A stretch of 63,170 nucleotides of DNA, filler included, from Sphacelaria rigidula (Eukaryota), in the NCBI GenBank assembly GCA_964200075.2. It is 5 parts of 5 records of this genome, joined end to end, with 100 filler letters (N's around TTAATTAATTAA, not from the genome) between each part and the next. Parts side by side here need not be neighbours in the genome. Positions count along the whole stretch, not along the records: positions 12,657 to 25,210 come from CAXNAA020003636.1; positions 25,311 to 37,864 come from CAXNAA020003637.1; 3 more parts are not named here. One strand, written 5' to 3'. Shown here in pieces: positions 24,199-35,214 of the stretch (positions are counted from its first letter, which is position 1; every line of letters begins with the position of its first letter). Both the position numbers and the translations under genes were made by a program. Under the pieces are notes generated by a model. That model was not told the DNA's origin, searched no databases, and saw only the letters and a program-made list of their open reading frames with translations.

Positions 24199-25210
24199 GT
24201 AGGGATCGGCGACACCATGTCATAGTAGAAAACGACGAGGATCGCTGGGTATATTGCTGCGAGCATTTGGCTTGGCCGCATGCCCCCCTGTGATTTCAGA
24301 ACTGTTGGCCTCGCCGAGGCGATTCTTTCACGCCCTCGACGACACAGTATAATATATATATATATATATATATACAAGGGGTTCGGCGGCTTCCGCCGCC
24401 ACGCTCAATGNNNNNNNNNNCGATAGCCAAGGTACGTGAGGACCGGTCATAGTTGCTCGCATTAGGCGACGGAACAGATCATAGCTTCAAGTGCAGTATA
24501 TTGCGCTGTGTGCATGTGGAGACCCGTGTCCTGGGGGCAGGGTATGAAGAAAAGGCTTAATGATGTTTTGACAATTGTACCGATACGGTAGAACGGGCAA
24601 AAAACTACCCCCACCGTCGAAGAACAGATACGAAAAGACACATATTCACGTTTTCCACCCACAGCAACGAATAGGAACACGATACCCGGGGACACAAAGC
24701 CTTGCGACGGACACACATGATTGTTCGCAACCATGAGTCCAGTACTATTGCACCGCAGAAACGCCCATCGTACGGAACAGGGTCCAGAAACAGCAACAGA
24801 AAAAGCATAAAATATCAATTCCCCCTCCTTCGTGGGCAGCAACGAAGCAGGCAAAACCCGCAAAGTAGTGGATATATAAGAGAAACGGAAGAAGTAAAGC
24901 AACAATCGACCAACAGTAGCGACCGATATCCTCCGAAACACGGTAAACGACGACCACGGATTCAACATGACAGACTATCGCATCGTGCGAAAGTCGTCCA
25001 TAAGGCCGGACGTTATGGCACACAGACTTTTGGCCCACAGATTGTTCACTTATATGGCGTTTGAGCCACTTTTTTGACCCCCAAATAGGGTACATCGCCA
25101 ACTCACGTCTTGGACACTTTGCATCACCCTGCAGAGAGAAGCCTAGCCCACTTTTCAGATTCGCTTGGCTCCAAGATTTCGAGAGCGGCCGCTGAACAAA
25201 AATCCGTGTG

Positions 25211-25310
25211 NNNNNNNNNNNNNNNNNNNNNNNNNNNNNNNNNNNNNNNNNNNNTTAATTAATTAANNNNNNNNNNNNNNNNNNNNNNNNNNNNNNNNNN
25301 NNNNNNNNNN
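25211..25310. other. Artificial contig linker
   Basis: N44-TTAATTAATTAA-N44. Confidence 0.97.
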
Positions 25311-25849
25311 CTACCTCACGCTTAGAGGATAGGTCCGTTTTGGCACATGGTGCAGTAAGTAATATGTAGCACTCTACCGTTGCGTGACGGCGGTCTCATT
25401 GAGAGGTACCGCACTTGCTTTACACAAGGAGACGCTATCGCGTCAAACCGGCCCGTGTTCGGCAAATACTCACTCTCTGGGTATACTTTAATATATATGA
25501 AATATACTCTACGGGAGTACAGTAGTAGGGTTCATTTGTTTTTCGTACTGTACTGTCTGTAAATATACTAAACAACAGTACAGGGGCCGTCACCGATTGA
25601 AGCCTGGAACGTATCGTAGGGAGGTGTGCCATGCGCTCATTTCACGGGTACTCGCGAGTTTGCGACGTGCGACGCCGACGACCTGCTGCTTAAAAAAAAT
25701 GCACGCAACACACTACATGCACGTGCGGCGCCTACAGTCACGCTCTAGTTACCGGCAGCTATCGATGCTCCTGTTTTCATGTATGTGATGACACTACAGA
25801 CTGCACAGGCATCTTCGCAAAGGTAGATACTATAATAGTACCCGGTACA

Positions 25850-26160
25850 CCGGTATTCGGGACATCTCACACCCCACCGATACGGCCCCAATCGTGTATT
25901 ACAAATATCATATCCACGACACCCACGATACCACGATATTTCGAGATGTCAATACCTACCGCACCCGCTCGATCGGGTTTTTTCGAATGTCATACCTACG
26001 ATACCCACGATACCACGGTGTCTCGAGGTTTCAATACTTACCTACCGTGCTCGCCCAATCGGGTATTTTCAAAAATCGTACCTACGATATCACCGTATTT
26101 CGAGATTTCATTACCCATTGTACGCGCTAAATCGGGTATTTTTCAAACTCATACCTACGT
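25850..26160 (+). repeat. Internally repetitive MITE-like repeat (~75-bp units; ATACC/ATCGGGT motifs)
   Basis: About four units of the type aatcgggtattttc...acctacgatacccacgataccacggtatttcgagat. A related copy lies at 32932-33095. Confidence 0.65.
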
Positions 26161-27324
26161 TGTACATGATCAGTGTTACGCCCATTTTTTTTTTTTTTTA
26201 ATAGTCTTCTAGAGGTCTCCTTGTAAACTGCTGGATGATGGCAAGTATCCGGATTTCGTGTGGAGGGTCTGCACCTGCTGTGCATACAGCAGCAGACCAA
26301 ACAGCATCGCTCTGGCGGAAGGCGGGGACGAGAGGGCGATCTAGGTGTGTTGAACTATAGACAGGCGGTCCCTCTTGCAAGTTTTAACGGTAGCAGTAAC
26401 GGAAGCAACGAGTAATCGCAGAATCCGCATGGCCGAGGGTGAACACCCCCCCCCCCGTGAAACCTGCCCTCCGGTGTTTGGGGAGAGCACCGCGCTCGTG
26501 CTACGCCATCGGCAGAGATAAGGAGAGCTATTTCCCCATCTACAGAAAATAAGCTTTCCATTGCAAAAGGATTCATTGAAATTCATCCGTGCTGTTAAAT
26601 AAACGACTTGGCTGAAGTTCGAAAAGTTTAACTTTTGCTCCGCACCCGTGCACGTCTGTTCTGGAGTGCCAGATATGGTGAAAACAGAACACCTAACTTC
26701 AGTACAGTACAGTACTATACTGTACCTGGAACAGTGTAGTAGAGTCCTCTGCAGTGCAGCACAACACAGCACAGTAGAACATGGTGCTGTGTACTGCACT
26801 GCCACCAAGGGCATAGTGCAGTCCGCCAAAGACAAGGGTAGTTGCTGAAGTGTATCTACGTAAGGGCGGTCGGGTCGAATCCTGTAAGAATCAAATCCTG
26901 CGCACTACTGTGTGCGTGGATAACGTGTACATCTTTGGGTTGCGTCGTCCATCACGCACATCGCTGATACTGCTCCTGTTAGCTTCTGAAGCGTATGTTC
27001 GGAACCCCCGTCCGGATTCTAACGGCCGCAAACGTTAAGCAACACCTACAGAGTCGACGCAGACATACAAACCTACTTGATTACTTGAACGGCGCTACAG
27101 TACCACGATCGAACGCTGCAGCATCAGATACAATTATCGTATGTCAAAACCACAGCTCTGTTGGCGCAGGCCGGTACTGCACGAGTGTTCTTGAGTTCGT
27201 ACTCTCGGTGCCTTCTCCGGGTTACCCATCGCCAACGCTGCTGAAGACCAGGGTGGGCGTGGACGTTCTGATATCTTTCCACAACTATGAGAAAGATATT
27301 TCTTCGACTATGGGAAAGAAGAAG

Positions 27325-27391
27325 TGATCGCGCCGAGAATCGACCTCGAACATCTTTTGTTCGTCAGAACGAACTCCACCACTGAGCCACT
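27325..27391 (-). mobile_element. tRNA-derived SINE-like head (Pol III A and B boxes)
   Basis: The minus strand reads TGGCTCAGTGGTGGAG (A box) ... GAGGTCGATTCTCG (degenerate B box). No complete cloverleaf. Confidence 0.45.
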
Positions 27392-27444
27392 CAGTCAGCG
27401 CTGACTGAGTGGCTCAGTGGTGGAGTTCGTTACGACGAACAAAA
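27355..27444. repeat. 90-bp loopless palindrome (64-bp perfect core, 27368-27431)
   Basis: Arms 27355-27399 and 27400-27444 match at 43/45. Confidence 0.92.
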
Positions 27445-27681
27445 CACACGATGGAAGGCACGCTATGTCAAACGAACTGATTCTCAACCCTCCACCCATT
27501 CACCCCCCGGTCCACTCCCTCCCTTTTGACGGTAGGTGTGGAGGATCCCCAAGACTCACTCACGGGATGCAACGTCTGGATGCCTGCTCGGACGTCGGCG
27601 GGGGCAGTCCGGATGTTGGATACGACACCAATGTCGATCCCGAGGTAAGAGCGCCACGAGTCTCAGGTTACTGCATGGTTC

Positions 27682-29450
27682 CAAGGTTGTGTTCTGTAGG
27701 ATACGGTTCTCTGTATATTGTACCCGGGATATTTTCCCGGGTATTTACCGTCCCCGACAGTTACGTGACTTCTGTAAGGCGTTCATACCGATACCCGACA
27801 GTTGTGTATTCTCTCGAAGACTTTCATACTCTTACCCGATAGTTCTGTAATCTCTGTAAGCCTCCCGTGCCGTCACTGGGGGGTACGGGTACACTTCTGA
27901 TAAGATACACGATTGCGGGTACGGTTTTCTGTGCAACCTTCATACCCTGCCCGACAGTTTTTGTCAGTTCTGTAAGCCTCCCATATCCTTACCCGACAGT
28001 TCTGTGAGTTCTGTACATATGTTTACCCGCACCCGGAGCGCGGGTATGCTCTTGAAGATGAACCCCATTGTCGGCTCGGTTTTTCTGTATGTCTCCCATA
28101 CCATACCCGACAAGTACTGCAATTTCTGTGAGACTTTTATCCAGTACAGGTACCCGACAATTCTGTGAGCTCTGTGAGCCTTTCATACCCCTACCCGGGG
28201 TTAGGGTATACCGTTGTAGATATACCTGATTGCAGGTACAGCACAGGTATATACGTTGGAGAGGTATGAAAATAGGCTCAATCCAAATACAACCTCATGA
28301 CCTGAACATGTACCTCCCATCGAGTAACTCACCCTACTCCTTCATTCAACACTGCACACCAACGAAAAATCGATGTTGGAAAGTTCTTTAGTTTATAATT
28401 TGACGGGATACGAGGTACTGCTGAGTGGAAACACGAAACATGAGCAGCACTGCAGACCGTCTGAATGGATCACCCCCAGACGCACGTCATCGCCGTTGAT
28501 GGTGGTTGTGTCGTGGTCATCGAATCCCAGGCCGTTATCCACATGCACAGCAGAGAATATTAGCTGCTACCGGAAGTCGTCAAGGCCGTCGACGATTCTG
28601 TCGTGCCGGAGGGCTTCCAGAGAGCGGGCAGCCGTGAATGCTCCTTCACGTACACCGTGGGGGTGTACGTGAAGCCGATAGATGTTGACGATCCCGTGCA
28701 CATGTACTACTGCGTGTGTTCGTGTAGTATTTCTCTATCAGCCCCGTGAAGTCGTTCAGAGTTTTTGGTAACGGTCATCCGTAGTTTGCCACGGTAGTGA
28801 CGAAGGTCCCACCACAGGGGTGATGATAATACCAAGGTCGTGTTTTGTAGGGTACATTTTTTGTATAACTGGGGTATTTTCCCGGGTATTTACCGTATCT
28901 TACAGTTCTGTTACTTTTGTAAGACTTTTATACCGGTACCCGACAGTTCTGTGACTTCTGTAAGGTGTTCATACCGATACCCGACAGTTGTGTAATCTCT
29001 CTAAGACTTTCATACTCTTACCCGATAGTTCTGTAGTCTCTGTAAGCCTCCCGTACCGGCATCGGTGGGCGCCGCTATGCTCTTGATAAGATACCCGGTT
29101 GCGGGTACGGTTTTCTGTGCAACCTTCATACCCTGCCCGACAGTTTTTGTCAGTTCTGTAAGCCTCCCATACCCTTACCCGACAGTTCTGTGAGTTCTGT
29201 CCACATGTTTACCCGTACCAGGAGCGCGGGTATGCTATTGAAGATGAACCCCACTGTCGGCCCGGTTTTTCTGTACGTCTCCCGTACCGTACCCGACAAG
29301 TTCTGCAATTTCTGTAAGATTTTCAAACCGGTACCCGGCAGTTTTTGAATTTCTGTGAGACTTTCATACCGGTACCCTATATTTCTTCAAGTTATGTAAG
29401 GAGTCTCATACCCTACATAACGTACCCGCACCCTACAGGACGCAACCTTG
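27682..29450. mobile_element. Composite non-autonomous hAT-type element (1769 bp) with a duplicated left end
   Basis: TIRs CAAGGTTGTGTTCTGTAGG / CCTACAGGACGCAACCTTG. 8-bp TSD CATGGTTC (27674-27681) / CATGATTC (29451-29458). A second left TIR sits at 28833. Two ~500-bp direct blocks of ~39-bp ACCCGACAGTTCTGT units. Confidence 0.75.
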
Positions 29451-29504
29451 CATGATTCTGCAAAGCGCAATTGCTTAATATAGCAGCATCTGACTTTTTG
29501 GCTC

Positions 29505-31648
29505 ATGTTTGGGATCATGGTCGTGGTTTCGATCGGAATCAATGGCGCCTATAGTTGTGCTTTTCAGAGCTTGGTACGAGTATTTGACTCCGACACTCCT
29601 AATTTTAAACCGACGAGACAGCTGATATATTGCATCCATACATCGTTTTATCTCCTGTCCTCCAGACAGGTGGTGAAGCAACTGTATCACTCGGGCCTCC
29701 ATTCCGCCCAACTCGTACCACATCCGTTGTTGGGAGTGGATCTCGACGGACAGACTCCGAGTGAGTCAGCCAGATGGGGCGGGGGAGGAGCGGCGACGCC
29801 GCGGACGGCGGCAAATGCGGAACGCGGAGGTTTCGACGGCAAAGGTTTCGCAGGGCCGACATAGCGGACATATCTTGCGATGGTGACAGACGGACGGGGG
29901 AGCGGGGCTGCGTCGGTGCCGACGACGGTGCGAAGGGTGGGTGTTGGCACCCGCGCGGCGGTTCGGAAGAATCCACCATCGTATATTGCGGTACTGACAG
30001 GCAGCGGGGAAACGGCGGCGGCAGCGGACCAAGGTCTGCGTGGTGCGGCGCTTTCTCAGCCTTCCAGTCTTTGCTGTGGTGGCGTAACGGCAATGGGCCT
30101 GATCAGAGTATCCACAGCGCAGCTGGACCCGGGATAGGTGAGGGTGAGATATCTACAGTCCACTGCATCATCCACTCCGAGAGGTTGTTCAAGAAGCACT
30201 AGGAGAAGTGGCTGGTGACTTCGATCGATACTGATCAGTGGATTATTGTGTTGCTAGCAATGTCCTCCGAGTACATCACGCCGCAGGGCTCCGACGCAAT
30301 GCAAGTCACTGTTAAATGATTGTGAGCGGTGGCCCCCGGTACATCCTCGAGGGCAGGGTGTACAGCTCCACCGAGAATCTGAGGGATGGGAGTGAGAGCG
30401 CTTGGCCGCCCGCCGGACAGTATATGTGATTGACGCCATCAATGAAGGTAGCATTAGTTGTGTTGACCTACCTTTTCGCTGGATGCGACTTCTTACCATG
30501 TGTGCCCAGGATTCCTTTCCTCAAGCTGTGGGATTTCGTGCTGAAGGCCTTGCGTACGCCGAATCTGTTTACAGCACCGATATTCACGGAAGAGGACGGC
30601 ATCCTGAGAGTGGACATCGATGAGGGCGTGAAGCCGCCGGCCGCCATGATTTTTTCAGGGACGAAAACGCTTCTGCGCAAATCGCCACGGATCCGGGGCT
30701 TCTCTTCGCCACGGGGGCGTGGGACTTGGGATCGTATGTCAACAAGATCCGCCTGTGTATCACCACAGTACATGGGCATATGCCTTCCCGGTGCTGCCTA
30801 GACTTGGACGCCTGTCGGAAGCACGTGAGTGAGTCTGACGCGGTATTCGAACACTGGGGAGGGAGGTTTCAGAAGAAGATGCCCGCGGTGGACTTCAAAG
30901 GCCGCGGTTGGGTTGTTGAACCCCAGAAGACTCATCACAAGCGGGGCATAAAACTGGAGAGCAGAGAGGCAGAGGCGCTCACGCGGGACAACATCGTTAT
31001 TTATTTATCAAGCCACACCTATGATGATAGGTCCGGGAACGTGCGGACCCTGAGGGACTTATGTAACCCGGCAAAGGCGCCACAAAGAGACCACCGCTGC
31101 AAAAATGTAGGTATCTGGGGAACTGCACGCTGAGCTGCGGTTGCCAGGGTCGCTGCTTGCTACCCCCGCCGTCTTCTGGGGCAACTGAGGCGACTTCCAG
31201 TGGTGATGCTGACAGTAGAAAGGGCGGTGCACGTGAATCATCTATTTCTGCCAGGGGCGGATCCGCGGCGAACTGTGGGAGGCGCGGACCCACAGCGAAG
31301 CGCGGGAGGGGCGCATCCACGGCGGACCGTGGAAGGGCCAAGGCGAGTGGAGCGACCAACGCGTCGAGGGCAGCAGTCAGCGTGAGGCACGGCGATGAGC
31401 CGCGCCGGTTTTGCGGCGGGAGTGTGGTGGGAGAGGGATGGGGTCTAGGAATATCCCCGAATAGTCGTTATTGTCTCGACGGTGGACATGAAGACTACAA
31501 CAGCGTCGGGTCAAGAAGTGCAGCTGGCATCTGGATTGGATATTCCGATTTGGAGTGCAGCGTGTCGGAAACAGATGACCCGGCAACGGAGGCAGAGAAA
31601 AACTATAATGATTTCATATTTTTATTGCGCCTGATGGACAAATGGTAG
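29505..31648 (+). mobile_element. Decayed Academ-like (AcademX-type) transposon coding remnant: XPG/FEN-like nuclease plus Cys-rich finger
   Basis: Collinear motifs across stops and frameshifts: PGIGEGE (30128-30148), SIDTDQWIIVLL (30221-), LFAGCDFLP (30472-30498), HMPSRCCLDLDACRKH..W..GRGWVVE (~30775-30920), CTLSCGCQGRC (31124-31156). An N-terminal piece HTSFYLLSSRQVVKQLYHSG lies at ~29636-29695. Termini not found. Confidence 0.55.
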
Positions 31649-32931
31649 GTATCATTTTGGTTTGTAAAGTGGACTATTGCATTTGCGTTACTCAAGGTTG
31701 TCTTCTCCAAGAGGTGGTCACAGAGCTCGCCTCGTGTACATTGCAATGGCGTTCTTTGCATGGTGCAGTGCGCCCTTTGGGGCACAAGTGTGTTGAGGTT
31801 GGTGTGCTGACGCCCTTGGGCGAATCTCCGGTTGTGCGTGAGTGCAGGTATTAATGAACACCGGACGAGTTCATATCAAAGATGACTGTAGGTCCAACTC
31901 TGAACCAAACCACGATCTCCAAGTTTGTCTTTGTTATTCCTACATGCGTCTATCTTTGCACAGTCATCGGCGCTAGTCTGTGGCTGGAATGAACGGTGGT
32001 CTGACATCGAGCGAACCGCCGGCAATCGTTGCTGTGCTGAGTTGTGATGAACGCTGGGGGGAGGGAAGTCCGAACGCGTTCTCCAATGCTTCCTCTTCAA
32101 CAAGCTGAACCACACTGCAGCGCAGCGGATTGTCGATGTGACCACCTTGCCTCCAATTCGTACCACAGTTCCCCTTCGGCAATACCGCCCCCTTTAGATG
32201 CGCAGGAGTAACGATATCACAGACGGTGGAAGCTATCGGCGCAGTACAGGTGGCGACTTTACTTGAGAAGCTCTAATCTGAGGCGAGGCTCGTTTCTTAT
32301 TCTTATCGCCGAGCCAAGTATATTTCTTAGAGCCATTTTCTTACTTTCCGCACACGTGCAATCAATGGTTAGTCTCTTGAAGGCCAATTTCTTATTTCTA
32401 CCGGACTCGTAAAAAATGATAGAATTATTGAAAACAAATATAATATATATACATATATATACCGTTATTACTGCGCCATTGCCGGGTGCTCTACATGAAA
32501 AAACATAATCACATGGAGAGGCAAACTCTGCCCTTGCGTACTACTGTACCTCCCCTTGCGTACAACTGCAACACCTTAGTGCCACAAATTACAGTGCTAC
32601 CGCCTCGGAATGAAAACCTGACTATTGAATTTCAAATTTGCCCTTACTACTGCTCTATCCTCAGAGTGCTCTCGTCCCTGCACCCACGTCAACAACCACG
32701 AGAATCACCACGCGGTACTCATGATCGATCCATGAATTGAGTGTGTCACCCTGTCAGCTGATTGCAACATTTCAGCTGAGGATCATGATGGGGTTCTGTG
32801 TGCTTTGATGTCTGCAGGTTAGCGTTGTGCGTTGTGTGCGTGTGGGGGTGGGGCTGCCCGCCTTGGGCACATCAATAATTTGATTGCCGAACTTGCACAG
32901 GGATCTCAAACGTTTTTCCGCACTGCCGGAT

Positions 32932-33095
32932 GGCAGTTTTGAATTCGGTATAGAGGGTAAGGCAGGTACCCCTTTACCGGTATTTCGGACATCTCATACC
33001 CTACCGATACCGACTCAATCGGGTATTTTCAAGTGTCACACCTACGATACCCACGATACCACGGTATTTCAAGATACCAGTACCTACCGTACCTG
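32932..33095 (+). repeat. Partial copy of the ATACC/ATCGGGT MITE-like family
   Basis: ccggtatttcggacatctcataccctaccgatacc...acctacgatacccacgataccacggtatttc matches 25850-25960. Confidence 0.6.
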
Positions 33096-34025
33096 TTCCT
33101 TTCGTACCTGTTCCTCTCGCGGTCAGTGAACACCGCTAAGCGAACGGCGTTCACCTTTTCTGTTCCCACGGAATAGGCGTTCGTCTCAACTGGGGAACGA
33201 CCCTTATGTATGGAGAGGTACAGATGGGCCAATCAGGTTTGGTTTAGCGATTCCTGCCCGCCGCGGGTTGGCGCCGAAGGCGCAAAGGCGGATGGTGTCT
33301 ACCAGCAGTAAAACATCATGTTTCGACGTCAACACCCTCCCATGGATGACATATCTTCGTGTATGTTTTTGTCGCTCGAAAAAAAGTGGTGGAAAAAAAC
33401 ATTGCCATCGCATATGTCCACCGCGTTCTGCTCCTAGTTGGCATCAACGATTGCTTTATCATCACGGCGTGCCTTCGCACATCATTATTATATGGGAAAT
33501 GAACGGTGGAAAAGGAAGAGACTATTTGATAAGCCGTGATTTCACCTATTTTGTATCAAATTATTGTTTGCGCACATTTGTCCGATCCCTCGAACCCGTG
33601 GTCACATATATATGTAGGCTCGTCATTCCAATACCGTTCCTGCTATTCAGCTGTCGTGGCTTATTTTGAAGCTGGTTCAAATTACGACCTATTTCATCGG
33701 CGTTTCTGTTTTCCAGTGCACGTTTCGATCCAAATATGATATGCTAAGACACGGCCTTAGTGGCGAGCGCAGAAGAAGTGAAAAACAGTAAAGCCAACCT
33801 TTTTCTAACAAAAATGCGGGGGAAAGGCACGAAGAGGTGCTGGAACCCTAGCTTATAGACTACCACGCCGCATACCATCCGTCCACATGATCATGCAACC
33901 TAGTACACACCACTCATCGTTGGCTACGGTCGCAACCCTGCAGCATTGAGCAGGAGTTGAGCACAAGGATGGATGCACTGCAGTAGTTGCGTATGCTGTG
34001 TGTACATTTTGTCGGCGAAAACTTG

Positions 34026-35214
34026 CACACGTCGGACGAGTCATTACTCGTCGGAACGAGTGCACTCGTTAATGTTTCTTGAAAACACCACGAGTACGGC
34101 TCGTGTGCTCGAGCTATTTATTCGTCTTCACCAAGACCGACGACTCGTGTACTGGAGTCATGATTGTTTCCACCACGAACAGTTACTCGAGTGCTAGACC
34201 TATGAATTTTCTCCGCCACGAGCGATGAGTCGAGCGCCCGCCCTACTATCTTTTTCCATCACGGGCAATGACTCGAGTACTCGCCCTATTAATTTTTGCC
34301 ACTACAAGCAATGACTCGAGTACTTGCCCTACAAGTTTTTGCCACTACAAGCAATGACTCGAGTATTCCCCCTATATTTTTTTCACACGCCGGACGAGCA
34401 CGAGTATGGCTAATGGCACTGACACTCGTTGGGCTGCTCGTTGGCGGTAAAATTTGATCAAGTGAGTACTCGAGTCATTGCTCGCTGTAAAAAAAATCAT
34501 AGGGCGAGCACTCGAGTCATTGTTTATGATGAATGACTTGAGTGGAGTAGCCAACAACCCGACGGGCAAATAGTTGTATTGAGCCCTTCGACGATCTTGA
34601 ACCTAGAATCTTCAAGTTAATATGCATGTCGGCACATGCGCAAGCGTCAAGCTCCAAAGTTAGTTTTCTGTTTATCCAAGCATCCCCACATACATACTGA
34701 TCAGGGTTTTACCAAAGCAGTGGAGAGTATCTCTCGAGTAGTATATTTACATTTTTTGAGGGCGAGCACTCGAGTCATTGCTCGCTGTAAAAAAATAATG
34801 ACTGGAGTACACGAGTGATTGCTCGTTCTTGAAAAAAATGACTCGAGCACACGAGACGTTGCTCGTTGTGAAAAAACTGAATGACTTGAGCACACGAGTC
34901 GTTGCTCATTGTAAAAAGAAACGATGACTCGAGCACACGAGTCATGCTCGTTGTGTTTTAAAAAACGTCCACGAGTGCAGTCGTTTCGACGACTAATGAC
35001 TAGTCCGACGTGTGATTTTTTTTCACCACGAGCAATGATTCGCGTACTCGCCCTATTAATGTATTCCCCCAACAACCAATGACTCGAGTATTTGCCCTCT
35101 TCAGTTTTTTTCACCACGAGCGATGATTCTAGTACTCACCCTAATACTTTTTCTCACCACGAGCAGCCCAACGAGTGCAAGCCACGATTCATACTCGTGT
35201 TCGTCCGACGTGCG
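34026..35214. mobile_element. MITE (outer copy) with CACACGTCGGAC termini and a perfect 8-bp TSD
   Basis: Ends CACACGTCGGACGA / TCGTCCGACGTGCG. TSD AAAACTTG at 34018-34025 and 35215-35222. Many ACTCGAGT/CACGAG subterminal motifs. Confidence 0.85.
34384..35014. mobile_element. Same-family MITE inserted in opposite orientation inside the outer copy
   Basis: Ends CACACGCCGGAC / GTCCGACGTGTG. TSD ATTTTTTT on both sides (34376-34383, 35015-35022). Its right end is the reverse complement of the outer left end, and vice versa. Confidence 0.8.

Noticed and set aside
27740..29420. ~39-bp periodic ACCCGACAGTTCTGT units as a CRISPR-like array
   Set aside because: The units are degenerate with no unique spacers, the block is duplicated, it lies between TIRs with a TSD, and there are no cas genes.
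34080..35160. Regular ATGACTCGAG motifs as a CRISPR or operator array
   Set aside because: Explained as subterminal repeats of two nested MITE copies.
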